Part shown: in pieces, positions 1 to 13,636 of the stretch
Layout of the letters: every line of letters begins with the position of its first letter
Numbering within the stretch: position 1 is the stretch's first letter
NCBI GenBank assembly: GCA_041615815.1
Contig: JBFJCP010000001.1
Span: 160,001-224,000 of the forward strand
Length of the DNA: 64,000 nt
Direction: 5' to 3'
Origin: Gemmatimonadales bacterium
GTDB lineage: Bacteria > Gemmatimonadota > Gemmatimonadetes > Gemmatimonadales > GWC2-71-9
The notes under the pieces: model-generated
The model's input: only the letters and a program-made list of their open reading frames with translations
The model's database searches: none
What the model was told of the DNA's origin: nothing
Position numbers and translations under genes: made by a program

Positions 1-32
1 CGGACGCTCTCGCGGTCACATAAGGAGTCTCG

Positions 33-245
33 ATGCAGATCATCACCCCCACAGAAGTGGCGGACCAGGCTGGCAACAAGTACCTCGGGGTCCTGGTGGC
101 GGCCAAGTTCGCCCGATATGTAAACGAGTTCCCCACAGATCCCATGTCCGGGACGGGCAAGAAGCTGACGACCCAGGCACTGGAGGAATTGGCATCCGCC
201 AACCTCACCTATCGTCTCGTCCGCCGGCGGCGCCAGGAGACGTGA
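33..245 (+). CDS. rpoZ: RNA polymerase omega subunit
   Basis: 70 aa with NKYLGVLVAAKFAR and KLTTQALEEL omega-like motifs; AAGGAG RBS; directly upstream of coaBC (common synteny). Confidence 0.85.
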   Translation: MQIITPTEVADQAGNKYLGVLVAAKFARYVNEFPTDPMSGTGKKLTTQALEELASANLTYRLVRRRRQET

Positions 246-1435
246 GCCTCTCCGGCCGGCGCGTGGTGCTCGGCGTGTCGGGCGGGATTGCGAGCTACAA
301 AGCATGCACGGTCGCCCGACGCTTGACGGAAGCGGGCGCAGCCGTCGATGTCGTGTTGACCGCCGGCGGCGCGCAGTTCGTCGGGCCGGTGACCTTCGAG
401 GCCCTAACCGGACGCCCGGTCCTCACCTCTCTGTGGGAGCGGGACCGGGCGCTCGCGCATGTGCACCTCGGCCACGATACCGATCTCATCGTGGTGGCGC
501 CAGCCACGGCCCACCTCCTGGCGCGAGCGGCACTCGGCCTCGCCGACGACATCCTCACGGCCATACTGCTCGCCGCCCGCGTCCCCATCCTGATCGCCCC
601 CGCGATGAACGACCACATGTTCGCCCACCCGGCCACGCAACAGAACCTCGAGATCCTGCGCCGGCGGGGATGGACAGTCGTGGGACCGGTCGTGGGCCCC
701 CTGGCCGAGGGCCCGAGTGACCAGCGCGGCCGCATGGTCGAACCGGAAGTCCTGTTCGCGTTTGTCGAGCGCGCCCTTCGCGCGTCGACCAGCCGGCTGC
801 GGGACCGCTGCGTCGTCATTACCGCGGGACCCACGCGGGAGCCGCTGGACGCGGTCCGCGTCATCACGAACCCGTCGAGTGGCAAAATGGGGTATGCGCT
901 GGCCGAAGAGGCGTTTGCCCGCGGCGCTCGGGTGCTCCTCATCAGTGGGCCCACGATGCTGTCGCCACCGCCCGGAGTGGAGATCCGCCGGGTGCGTTCC
1001 ACTGACGACCTGCAGCAGGCCGTGGAAGACGCCTTGCCTGGTGCCGACGTCTTGGTGATGGCGGCGGCGCCGGCCGACTTTCGCTCCGCAGCACCGGAGC
1101 CGCACAAGCGCCCGCGACGCGAGGGGCAGATCACGCTCACGTTGACTCCCACCGCGGACGTTCTCGAGACCACGGTGGACGCGCGCCCACCGCACTGCGT
1201 GGTTGTCGGATTCGCCCTCGAGCTGGCGGACGGGACCCAGCGTGCGCGGGAAAAACTGCGCCTGAAGCAGCTGGATCTCATTGTCCTCAACTACGTCAAT
1301 GAAGCGGACGCGGGCTTTGAGGTCGACACCAACCGCGTCACCCTGATCACCCCAGACGGCGAGACAGTGCTCGACCTGATGCCCAAACGCGCCGTTGCCC
1401 AACACATCCTGGACGCCGTGGAAGCTCGAGTGTGA
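242..1435 (+). CDS. coaBC: Bifunctional phosphopantothenoylcysteine decarboxylase/phosphopantothenate-cysteine ligase
   Basis: GVSGGIASYK, APAMNDHM, TAGPTREPLDAVRVITNPSSGKMG and VVGFALE motifs. Confidence 0.97.
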   Translation: MSLSGRRVVLGVSGGIASYKACTVARRLTEAGAAVDVVLTAGGAQFVGPVTFEALTGRPVLTSLWERDRALAHVHLGHDTDLIVVAPATAHLLARAALGLADDILTAILLAARVPILIAPAMNDHMFAHPATQQNLEILRRRGWTVVGPVVGPLAEGPSDQRGRMVEPEVLFAFVERALRASTSRLRDRCVVITAGPTREPLDAVRVITNPSSGKMGYALAEEAFARGARVLLISGPTMLSPPPGVEIRRVRSTDDLQQAVEDALPGADVLVMAAAPADFRSAAPEPHKRPRREGQITLTLTPTADVLETTVDARPPHCVVVGFALELADGTQRAREKLRLKQLDLIVLNYVNEADAGFEVDTNRVTLITPDGETVLDLMPKRAVAQHILDAVEARV

Positions 1436-2256
1436 CGGATCCCAAGCCGCTCTTCGTGCGCTACCTACGCCAGCGGGCCGATGCGGGTGAGGGACCGTTG
1501 ATCACGGGCCGTCCATTCGAACCTCCCGCGCCTGACATCTCTGCACGACCCAAGGGGGCCCCGCGGGAATCGCTGCCGTCGACGCCCGGCGGTGTGGGCG
1601 CCAAAGCGGCCGCCAAGTGGCAGAAGGGCGCGCCACCCATTCCCCCGGCCGGTATCGTGGTGGCGCCTCCAACGCGCGATCTGTTTACGGGCGATCCCCT
1701 GACGGGCATGTCCCTGGACGAGATCGCGACCACGGTGCGCGATTGCACTCGCTGCCGGCTGTGCGAGCATCGCACACATGCCGTGCCCGGCGAGGGACCT
1801 GCGGGTGCGCGGGTGGTCGTGGTGGGGGAGGGTCCCGGCGCCAGGGAAGACGAGACCGGGCGGCCGTTTGTGGGCAGGGCAGGTGAGCTCCTCACCGACA
1901 TTCTCCGCGCGATCGGCTTACCGCGCGAGACCGTATTCATTTGCAACGTCGTGAAGTGCCGTCCTCCCAGCAATCGCAAGCCGCAGCACGAGGAAATCGA
2001 CGCTTGCGTCCCGTTCCTGCACCGCCAGCTTGAAATCATCAACCCAACGGTGATACTTGCGATGGGGGGAACGGCAGCCGAAACGCTGCTGGGTACCAAA
2101 CAATCTCTCGGTTCCCTACGGAACCGGGTTCACGAGTTTCGTGGGATTCCGCTCATTGTGACGTATCATCCCGCTGCCTTGCTGCGGAACCCCAACTGGA
2201 AGAAGCCGACCTGGGATGACGTTCGTATCGCACGCCAGCTCCTTGACCAGCACTGA
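1432..2256 (+). CDS. Uracil-DNA glycosylase family 4 (Fe-S), with Pro-rich N-terminal extension
   Basis: CTRCRLC, GEGPG, GRPFVGRAG, KCRPP and TYHPAALLR motifs. Confidence 0.93.
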   Translation: MTDPKPLFVRYLRQRADAGEGPLITGRPFEPPAPDISARPKGAPRESLPSTPGGVGAKAAAKWQKGAPPIPPAGIVVAPPTRDLFTGDPLTGMSLDEIATTVRDCTRCRLCEHRTHAVPGEGPAGARVVVVGEGPGAREDETGRPFVGRAGELLTDILRAIGLPRETVFICNVVKCRPPSNRKPQHEEIDACVPFLHRQLEIINPTVILAMGGTAAETLLGTKQSLGSLRNRVHEFRGIPLIVTYHPAALLRNPNWKKPTWDDVRIARQLLDQH

Positions 2257-3619
2257 GGCGGCCGCCAGCCGCCAGGCACCGTGGAGTCCGGAGGCCGAGC
2301 AGGCCGTGCTTGGCGCCATGTTGCTGGACCAGGACGCCGCCCTCAAAGCCGTCGAGCTCCTCGACGACCTGGCGTTTTACCGAGATGCGCACCGCCGCAT
2401 GTTTCGCGCGATGGCGCAGCTGCTGGATCGTGGGGATGTGGTGGATCCCCTGGTGCTGCGCGACGAGTTGGCGCGCAGGGGCGACCTCGAGGCGGCCGGC
2501 GGCATGGATTACGTTGCCGAACTGCTCGACGTGGTTCCCACGGCCGCCAACATCGAGTATCACGCTCGGATCGTCCGGGACAAATCCCTCCTGAGGCGGC
2601 TCATCGAGGCTGGGACGGACATCGTGCAGGCCGCATACGAAGGGCGCACGGATGTCGACGCGCTCATCGATACCGCCGAGCAACGGGTGTTCGAAGTCTC
2701 GTTCCAGCGGGGCACCCAGGAAGTCGTCCGCATCAAGGAACTGATGTGGAAGACCATGGAGCGCATCGAAGCGCGCCACCGAGGCGATGATTCGGTTCGA
2801 GGAGTACGAACCGGGTATGTAGACTTGGACGAAATGACGAATGGATTCCAGAGAAACGACTTGATCATCGTCGCCGCGCGGCCGTCAATGGGCAAGACCG
2901 CCTTCTGCCTCAACATGGCGGCCAACGCGGCCCTGGAAGCCAAGACGCCTGTCGCCATTTTCTCCTTGGAGATGTCGCGCGATCAGTTGGTGGAGCGACT
3001 TCTGGCGGCGGAGAGCTTTGTCGACTTGTCCCGGCTCCGCAGTGGGCGCCTGCGCGACGACGATTATCCCAAGATGTCTCGGGCCGCGGGGCTCCTGGGG
3101 ACCGCCCCGATCTGGATCGATGATACGCCGGCGCTCACGTTGCTGGAGCTCCGCTCGAAGGCTCGACGCATGAAAGCCGAGCACGATATCGGCCTCTTGG
3201 TGATCGATTATCTCCAGCTGCTGCGGGGACCCCGCACCGAGAGTCGGCAAGAAGAGATCAGCTTCATCTCCCGCTCGCTCAAAGCGCTGGCACGGGAAAT
3301 CGAGACACCGGTCATCGCCCTGTCTCAGTTGTCCCGCGCCCCCGAACAGCGCGGCGGGGACCGCCGTCCACTCCTGTCGGATCTCAGGGACTCGGGCGCC
3401 ATCGAGCAGGACGCCGATCTCGTGATGTTCATCTATCGCGCCGAGATGTACCCCAGCTTGTTGGAAACCAGCGACGCTGCGAGAGAAGGCATCGCCGAAC
3501 TGATTCTCTCCAAACACCGAAACGGGCCCACCGGCACGATCAAGCTTGCTTTCCACAAGCAGTACACCCGATTCGACAACTACAGCGAACGGGAGCCCAA
3601 TTCGCCGAATGGGGGCTGA
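2216..3619 (+). CDS. dnaB: Replicative DNA helicase
   Basis: EAEQAVLG, AARPSMGKT, IDYLQL, LSQLSR and DLRDSGAIEQDAD motifs; no intein. Confidence 0.98.
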   Translation: MTFVSHASSLTSTEAAASRQAPWSPEAEQAVLGAMLLDQDAALKAVELLDDLAFYRDAHRRMFRAMAQLLDRGDVVDPLVLRDELARRGDLEAAGGMDYVAELLDVVPTAANIEYHARIVRDKSLLRRLIEAGTDIVQAAYEGRTDVDALIDTAEQRVFEVSFQRGTQEVVRIKELMWKTMERIEARHRGDDSVRGVRTGYVDLDEMTNGFQRNDLIIVAARPSMGKTAFCLNMAANAALEAKTPVAIFSLEMSRDQLVERLLAAESFVDLSRLRSGRLRDDDYPKMSRAAGLLGTAPIWIDDTPALTLLELRSKARRMKAEHDIGLLVIDYLQLLRGPRTESRQEEISFISRSLKALAREIETPVIALSQLSRAPEQRGGDRRPLLSDLRDSGAIEQDADLVMFIYRAEMYPSLLETSDAAREGIAELILSKHRNGPTGTIKLAFHKQYTRFDNYSEREPNSPNGG

Positions 3620-4316
3620 TCGCGCCACCGACGGAGCGCCGGTGGGAGTCGTGATCGCGGCCGCCGGACGCAGCGAGCGGGCGGGACCCGGCGCGCCAAA
3701 GCAGTTTCGTCTCGTGGGCGGCGTGCCGATGCTGCTACGGTCCACACAGCCGTTTCTGGATCATCCTCGTGTCCACGACGTCATCATCACGTTGCCGCCG
3801 CACGTCGCGGCGGCTCCCCCACCGTGGCTGGAAGCACTCCGGCCCCGCGTGCGCCTGGTACCCGGCGGAGCCACACGAGCACTCTCGGTGAAGGCCGGAC
3901 TTGAGGCCCTCGAACCGACGTGCACCTTAGTGCTCGTGCACGATGCGGCGCGTCCGTTCGTGTCGCGCGAGACCATCGACGCCGTCATCGCCCTTGCAGC
4001 ACGTGGGGTGGGGGCCGTCCCAGCCGTGCGGGTGCGCGACACGCTCAAACGCGCGCAGAATGGAGCAATGCGCATCACGGAAACAGTGGATCGCACCGGG
4101 CTTTGGTGTGCGCATACACCGCAAGGCTTCCCCCGCGCGATGCTGGAAGCGGCCTATCGACGGGCCACGGGGTCGCTGGGACAAGGTGCCACGGACGAAG
4201 CCGCGCTGGTGGAGGCGGCAGGATACGACGTCGAGCTCGTGCCCGACCTCCCGAACAACATGAAGATCACGTCGCCCCAAGACTTCGTGCTCGCGCAGGC
4301 TATCGCCGCCACATGA
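3609..4316 (+). CDS. ispD: 2-C-methyl-D-erythritol 4-phosphate cytidylyltransferase
   Basis: PKQF, VLVHDAARPF, HTPQGF, TDEA and NMKIT motifs; start placed at ATG 3609. Confidence 0.92.
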   Translation: MGADRATDGAPVGVVIAAAGRSERAGPGAPKQFRLVGGVPMLLRSTQPFLDHPRVHDVIITLPPHVAAAPPPWLEALRPRVRLVPGGATRALSVKAGLEALEPTCTLVLVHDAARPFVSRETIDAVIALAARGVGAVPAVRVRDTLKRAQNGAMRITETVDRTGLWCAHTPQGFPRAMLEAAYRRATGSLGQGATDEAALVEAAGYDVELVPDLPNNMKITSPQDFVLAQAIAAT

Positions 4317-4966
4317 CGGTGCTCCCATTTCACGACGCCGCCGACGTGGCGGAGGCCGTGCCCACCGTGGCGGCGCATCTCGACGGCGGTGGGCTCCTCG
4401 CATATCCCACCGAGACCGTCTACGGGCTGGGCTCGCGACCCGTTACCGCCGATGTGGAAGCCTTGGGGCGGCTCAAGACGCGACCTCCGGGAAAACCGTT
4501 TCTCCTCCTGGTGGCGAGCCGACGCATGGCACTGGACTTCGGACTCGTCTTCACGCCCGCGGCCCGGGCACTGGCCGAGGAGTTCTGGCCGGGACCGTTG
4601 ACCCTCGTGCTGGCGGGCGGTGAAGGGCGGCTCCCCGACTCACTCCGGGGGCCCGAAGGCGGCATCGCGGTGCGGTGGACTTCGCATCCGGAGACAGCGA
4701 ACTTGATCGACGCGCTCGGCACACCCATCACCTCCACGTCCGCGAATCGCCCCGGGGGGCCAACGGCGCCAGGGGTGGCGGCGATCGTCGAGACGTTCAA
4801 GCCGGAAGTGGACCGCGGCGTGTTGCTCGTGCTGGACGGCGGCGTCCTGGGAAACGTTCCTCCCTCCACGCTCGTGGATTGCACTGGCTCGTCAGCCCGA
4901 CTCATTCGACTGGGCGCGATCCCAACCCGGGAGCTTCGTGCCCGCGTTGGGAGCTTCGCACCGTAA
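4313..4966 (+). CDS. tsaC: L-threonylcarbamoyladenylate synthase (Sua5/TsaC/YrdC)
   Basis: YPTETVYGL, WPGPLTLV, TSTSAN and PSTLVD motifs; ATGA overlap with ispD. Confidence 0.93.
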   Translation: MTVLPFHDAADVAEAVPTVAAHLDGGGLLAYPTETVYGLGSRPVTADVEALGRLKTRPPGKPFLLLVASRRMALDFGLVFTPAARALAEEFWPGPLTLVLAGGEGRLPDSLRGPEGGIAVRWTSHPETANLIDALGTPITSTSANRPGGPTAPGVAAIVETFKPEVDRGVLLVLDGGVLGNVPPSTLVDCTGSSARLIRLGAIPTRELRARVGSFAP

Positions 4967-5422
4967 TGCACGTCTTACTCGTCTGCACGGGTAACATTTG
5001 CCGCAGTCCCTTGGCAGAGGGACTGATGCGGCGCGAACTCGATTCGCGGGCGTTGGGAGTCATCACCGTGGCGTCCGCGGGTACCGGAGCCTGGGAAGGC
5101 GCACCGGCATCGGAAGGCGCGTACTTGGTGGCTCTCGAGCACGGCCTCGATCTTTCAGATCACCGAGCACAGCTCCTCACGAAGGACGTGGTGAAGGAAT
5201 CGCATCTTATCCTCACGATGGCCCGCCACCATCGGGTACGGGTCCAAGAGCTGGGTGGGGAGGGCCGCACCTTCGTGCTCGGCGAGTACGCCGGTCGCCG
5301 TGGCGAGCACGTTGAAGTCAGCGATCCGTTTGGCAGCGACCTCGAGGTCTATCGCAACACGTACCAGGAGTTGGAACAGCTGGTGCAGGCGGCCGTGGAC
5401 CGGCTGGCCAGTGAGCATCGCG

Positions 5423-5445
<23 letters not shown>
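4966..5445 (+). CDS. Low-molecular-weight protein phosphatase (LMW-PTP/YwlE family)
   Basis: VCTGNICRSPLAE P-loop and DPFG motif; TAATG overlap. Confidence 0.93.
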
Positions 5446-9297
<3,852 letters not shown>

Positions 9298-9301
<4 letters not shown>

Positions 9302-10038
9302 AACGCATACTCGCAGCCAACTGGAAGATGCACTTAGGGCCGGGTGACGCCCGGGCTTTTCTCAAATCCTTCCTCAATCGATATCGTCCCTCGCCGGAGC
9401 AGGAAGTGTGGTTCTTCCCCTCGGCCGTGGCCCTCGAGGCCGTCGCGCAGCTCACGCGGGATCGCCGAGAGATCCGCGTCGGGGCCCAAAACGTCCATTG
9501 GGAGGCGAAGGGCGCATTCACCGGCGAGCTGAGCGTTGCCATGGCAGGCGACGCCGGTGCCCAGGCAGCGCTGGTCGGTCACTCGGAACGGCGGCACGTG
9601 TTCGGCGAGACCGACGAGGAGACCGGCCGAAAGGTCCGCGCCGTGTTGGACGGAGACCTGACACCGATGCTCTGTGTGGGCGAGACGATTGCCCAGCGCG
9701 ATGCCGGCGAGACCCTCCAGGTGGTCGATCGGCAACTCGACGTGCTGACCGGTCTCGACGCGGCCACGCTGGGCCAGATCGTCATCGCGTACGAACCGGT
9801 CTGGGCCATCGGTACCGGGCGGACCGCGACGCCAAACGACGCGGCGGAGGTGCATGCCCACATCCGACGCTGGATGGTCGGGCGGGGCGCCGCCCCACGC
9901 GCCATCCGCGTGCTCTATGGCGGCAGTGTCAAGCCCGGTAACGCCGCCGACCTACTGTCACAGCCGGACATCGATGGGGTCCTCGTGGGAGGGGCGTCCC
10001 TGGACCCCGAGTCCTGGAGTGCCATCGTCCACCGATGA
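9298..10038 (+). CDS. tpiA: Triosephosphate isomerase
   Basis: ANWKM, GHSERR, AYEPVWAIGTG, YGGSV and LVGGASL motifs. Confidence 0.98.
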
Positions 10039-10050
10039 TTGACCCAGCGA

Positions 10051-10080
10051 TTGACGCCGTCCGGGGGATCGGTGTATCTT
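10051..10080 (+). promoter_or_regulatory. Sigma70-like promoter for secG
   Basis: TTGACG (10051-56), 18 nt spacer, TATCTT (10075-80), then AGGAG RBS. Confidence 0.55.
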
Positions 10081-10101
10081 GCGGCCCGACAGGAGATTAG
10101 C

Positions 10102-10464
10102 ATGCTAGTTGGAATCTTGATTGCCATACTGTTGCTGGTCAGCATCCTCCTCATGGTCGTGGTTCTGCTGCAAGCGGGCACCGGTGGGGGACTCGCTGCT
10201 ATGGGAGGCGGTGCCTCCACGGACACGTTCTTTGGCGGCCGCCAGGCGGTGACGATCTTGACGAAGGCCTCCTGGTGGCTCGGTGGGATTTTCCTCTTTC
10301 TCGCGCTCGTCCTCGCCGGCCTGAGTGCCCGTGGATCGACCCCCACCTCAGTGTTGGATGCCGAGCCCGTCAGCGCACCCACGCCCGTGGCGCCACCCGC
10401 GCAACTGCCCTTGGACGTGGAACCCGCGCCCGCGGGCGAGGCCACACCTCCGCCTCAGCCGTAG
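10102..10464 (+). CDS. secG: Preprotein translocase subunit SecG
   Basis: Two hydrophobic helices, VLLQAGTGGGL motif; follows tpiA. Confidence 0.93.
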   Translation: MLVGILIAILLLVSILLMVVVLLQAGTGGGLAAMGGGASTDTFFGGRQAVTILTKASWWLGGIFLFLALVLAGLSARGSTPTSVLDAEPVSAPTPVAPPAQLPLDVEPAPAGEATPPPQP

Positions 10465-10475
10465 GGGGACGAGCC

Positions 10476-11588
10476 CTGCATCCGGCGTACATTCTTCTCG
10501 AAGACGGCGCGTGGTTCCCCGGGGCCACGCGCCGTCCCGTTGATCCCACCCCCGGCGAAGTCGTATTCACGACCAACCTGACCGGTTATCAGGAGGTCTT
10601 CACCGACCCCTCCTATTTGGGCCAGATCGTGGTCATGACGGCGCCGATGATCGGGAACTACGGCATCAATGAGGAAGACGTCGAATCCGAACGGCCCCAA
10701 GTGACCGGGGTCGTCGTGCGCGAGCTCGCACAGCGGCATTCGAATTGGCGGGCCAGCGGCTCCCTGGAGGACTGGCTCGAAGGTCGACGCGTTCCTCTCG
10801 TTGAGGGCGTGGACACGCGCCGACTCGCACGACACATCCGGTCGGCAGGCGCGATGCGTGGCATTATCGCCTCCGGAGCGGCGCCTTCGGACGGTATCCA
10901 GAAACAGCTCGAACAAAGTCCGCGCATGGAGGGGCTCGACCTCGCCTCGCGCGCCACCGTGGATCGGGAATACGGGGTGGGGGACAGCCCGGCACGCCAC
11001 CATGTCGTGGCGTATGACTTCGGGATGAAACGCAACATCGTTCGGATTCTGACATCGCTCGGGTGTCGCGTCACGGTCGTGCCCGCCGCCACGCCGGCGG
11101 CTCGGGTCCGAGAGCTGGAGCCCGACGGGCTGTTCCTCTCCAACGGCCCTGGCGATCCCGCAGCCGTGAGCTACGCCATTCCGGTCATCCGAGACCTCGC
11201 CGAATCGGGACTCCCAACCCTGGGGATTTGCCTGGGTCACCAGCTGCTTGCGCTGGCGTTCGACGGTCAGACGGCGAAGCTCCCGTACGGGCACCGGGGG
11301 GGTAACCATCCCGTGCGCGAGCTCGAGTCGGGACGAGTCCTCATCACCAGCCAGAATCACGGATTTGCTGTCGTGGGAAGGGGTAAGGATGTTTCAGGTG
11401 CTAAAGAACTGGAGGTTACGCACCGTAACCTCAATGACGACACGGTCGAAGGGCTCAGGCACCGCGAACTCCCGATTCTCGCCCTGCAATACCACCCTGA
11501 AGCGGCTCCGGGACCCCACGACGCCAGGGGGCACTTCGCCCAGTTCGTCCAAGCCCTTGACACACAACAGGTAAGCCGGTATTTATGA
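10476..11588 (+). CDS. carA: Carbamoyl-phosphate synthase small subunit (probable CTG start)
   Basis: GEVVFTT, GYQEVFTDPSY, LSNGPGDP, GICLGHQ, SQNHGF and QYHPEA motifs; homology begins at LHPAYILLEDG. Confidence 0.95.
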   Translation: MHPAYILLEDGAWFPGATRRPVDPTPGEVVFTTNLTGYQEVFTDPSYLGQIVVMTAPMIGNYGINEEDVESERPQVTGVVVRELAQRHSNWRASGSLEDWLEGRRVPLVEGVDTRRLARHIRSAGAMRGIIASGAAPSDGIQKQLEQSPRMEGLDLASRATVDREYGVGDSPARHHVVAYDFGMKRNIVRILTSLGCRVTVVPAATPAARVRELEPDGLFLSNGPGDPAAVSYAIPVIRDLAESGLPTLGICLGHQLLALAFDGQTAKLPYGHRGGNHPVRELESGRVLITSQNHGFAVVGRGKDVSGAKELEVTHRNLNDDTVEGLRHRELPILALQYHPEAAPGPHDARGHFAQFVQALDTQQVSRYL

Positions 11589-11651
11589 CCGCCCGGCCCG
11601 CCGCCCCCGCGGCCGGCCATCGCCGGTTCAGGAACAGAGTAGAGAGGACGG

Positions 11652-11972
11652 ATGACCAAGGCGGATCTCGTCGAGAAAGTCACGGCCTCGATCGCCCGTA
11701 CGGCCGGACCGATGATCTCGAAGAAAGACTGCGCCCGCGTCGTTGATGCCTTCCTCGACGCGGTGAAAGACGCGCTCGCGGATCAGAACAACATCGAGAT
11801 CCGGGGCTTTGGGACGTTCAAGATCCGCATGCGGAAGACGCGGATGGCACGGAATCCGCGAACGGGCGAGCCGGTGGAAGTTGCGGCCCGGCCGGTCCCT
11901 GTCTTCAAGCCCTCCAAGGAGTTACGGGCGATGGTCGCGGAGAACGAAGAGGTCACGCAAGACCAGCCGTAG
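11652..11972 (+). CDS. HU/IHF family DNA-binding protein
   Basis: MTKADL, IRGFGTF, RNPRTGE and FKPSKELR motifs; GAGGA RBS. Confidence 0.95.
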   Translation: MTKADLVEKVTASIARTAGPMISKKDCARVVDAFLDAVKDALADQNNIEIRGFGTFKIRMRKTRMARNPRTGEPVEVAARPVPVFKPSKELRAMVAENEEVTQDQP

Positions 11973-12013
11973 TCTGGGCCCCACGACTGCTCGCGGGTCC
12001 ATTATCTCCCACC

Positions 12014-12210
12014 GGTGCTGTTCACGAGACTCCTCCGGAGACGGAGACTTGTCACGCCGTACCTGACCGGCGTTTCAACGTCAATGCGGCCAGAAATCCA
12101 CCCGGGAGCGCCGTTTGGACGCTCGGGCCTCACATTGAACGACGGCTTGCCACCGGACCTCGCGGTTCGAGGTTACCCCTGGCTGGTGCGTCTCGGCCAC
12201 GGCGGCAGCC
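12014..12210 (+). ncRNA. ssrS: Probable 6S RNA
   Basis: About 195 nt rod: closing stem GCTG..CGAGAC / GTCTCG..CGGC; ACCTGACC pairs with GGTTCGAGGT; central bubble strands about 12069-85 and 12151-63; 6S-like motifs GGGAGC, CCACC, GGTTC and CGGCGGCA in the expected order. Ends approximate. Confidence 0.7.
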
Positions 12211-12359
12211 AGCCCCACGCGAGACCAGGCACGCACAGAAAGACCGACGATGATGAATGGAGGCATCCGTCGGTATCGTCGCCGGTACCGCCATGCGACG
12301 AGGGGAACGGTCGCGGGGGCGTCGTCACAGGCATGGGCCTCCCTTATATTCCCTCCCGT

Positions 12360-12647
12360 ATGACGTCCTCTTCGCAGCGGACCCCCGTATCGGCCTCCAG
12401 CATCACGGTGTCGTGTCGATTCTTCGGCCGGTACGCGGAAGTGCTTGGCGTGGGGCAGCTGGAGCTCCAGTTGCCCGCCGAGGCTACGGCGGGTGATGCG
12501 GTTGCCGCACTGCGGACGCGCCACGACGCCCAGTCCCTCCTGCCCCAACGTCCATTGGTTGCGGTGAATCAAGAGCACGTTGCGCTCGACGCACCCTTAC
12601 ACGATGGGGATGAGCTTGCGCTGCTCCCTCCGCTCGCAGGCGGCTAG
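12360..12647 (+). CDS. moaD: Molybdopterin synthase sulfur carrier (MoaD/ThiS family)
   Basis: VAVNQE..LHDGDELALLPPLAGG with C-terminal GG; upstream of moaE. Confidence 0.92.
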   Translation: MTSSSQRTPVSASSITVSCRFFGRYAEVLGVGQLELQLPAEATAGDAVAALRTRHDAQSLLPQRPLVAVNQEHVALDAPLHDGDELALLPPLAGG

Positions 12648-13105
12648 TGAATCACGTTACGCACGATCCCATTCAGCTCGACCGTCTGATTGCCGAGGTG
12701 TCGGATCCCGGCCGGGGGGCGATCGTCGTGTTTCTCGGGACCGTGCGGCGTGGACCGGACGACGGTCCAGTACGGGAGATCGAGTATTCGGCGTATGAAG
12801 CAATGGCGGCTGGGGAGTTCCAGCGTATCGTCAACGAAGCGGCCGGGCAGAGCCACAACATCGAGGTGGCGGCACAGCACCGACTGGGCACGGTCCCCAC
12901 GGGCGACCCCAGCATCGCCGTGGTGGCGGCGGCACCGCACCGCGCTGAGGCGTTCACCGCGTGCCGCTACGTGATCGAGCAGGCGAAGCTCAGGCTTCCC
13001 GTCTGGAAGAAAGAACGGCTCGACGACGGGGGAACCCGCTGGCGCGAGAACCCAGACGGGTCCTCCACGCCGGGAGTGGCCCCGCCCGCGGATGGGGACC
13101 CCTGA
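12647..13105 (+). CDS. moaE: Molybdopterin synthase catalytic subunit
   Basis: GAIVVFLGTVR, EYSAY, HRLG, HRAEAF and PVWKKE motifs. Confidence 0.95.
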   Translation: MNHVTHDPIQLDRLIAEVSDPGRGAIVVFLGTVRRGPDDGPVREIEYSAYEAMAAGEFQRIVNEAAGQSHNIEVAAQHRLGTVPTGDPSIAVVAAAPHRAEAFTACRYVIEQAKLRLPVWKKERLDDGGTRWRENPDGSSTPGVAPPADGDP

Positions 13106-13593
13106 TGGGATTGGGTATTGGCCTGATCGAACCACAGATCGCGCCAAACACTGGGAACATCGCACGTCTGTGCGCTGCCACCGATGCGGCGCTGCACCTC
13201 ATTGGGCCGTTGGGTTTCGAGCTCGATGACACCCAATTGAAGCGCGCCGGCCTCGATTACTGGGACCACGTCGACCTGTGGGTACACGCGCACTGGCGCG
13301 TCTTCCGGGAGGCGGTCGCGCGCGATCGGTGCCTCTACTTTTCCTCTCACGGTACGCAGCCTTTTGGCGATGCTCCGTACGCCCACAATTCAGTGCTGGT
13401 CTTCGGCAATGAGACCCACGGCATGCCCGAGCGCATACGCGAGAAGTATCCCGATCGGATCTTCCGTATCCCGATGCGCCCCGCGGTCCGCAGCCTGAAT
13501 CTCGCCACCTCCGCCGGTATCGTGTTGTACGAAGCCGTTCGACAGGTCGGCATCGAGTTAGACGCCGAGACGTCCGAGTCGGACGCCGCGTGA
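13105..13593 (+). CDS. trmL: tRNA (cytidine/uridine-34 2'-O)-methyltransferase
   Basis: PQIAPNTGNIARLC, KRAGLDYW, FGNET and RSLNLA SPOUT motifs. Confidence 0.95.
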   Translation: MGLGIGLIEPQIAPNTGNIARLCAATDAALHLIGPLGFELDDTQLKRAGLDYWDHVDLWVHAHWRVFREAVARDRCLYFSSHGTQPFGDAPYAHNSVLVFGNETHGMPERIREKYPDRIFRIPMRPAVRSLNLATSAGIVLYEAVRQVGIELDAETSESDAA

Positions 13594-13636
13594 GCACCCC
13601 ACATCCTTCTTACCGCTTTAACCATACGGATCGCAC

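Noticed and set aside
12015..12359. N-terminal extension of MoaD (210-aa ORF)
   Set aside because: It overlaps the structured 6S-like RNA; the MoaD fold starts near 12360
12000..12360. tmRNA, RNase P RNA, SRP RNA or Moco riboswitch
   Set aside because: No tRNA-like ends, no GAGGAAAGTCC, no SRP GGAAGG core; only a short CCTCCCGTAT resemblance to the Moco motif
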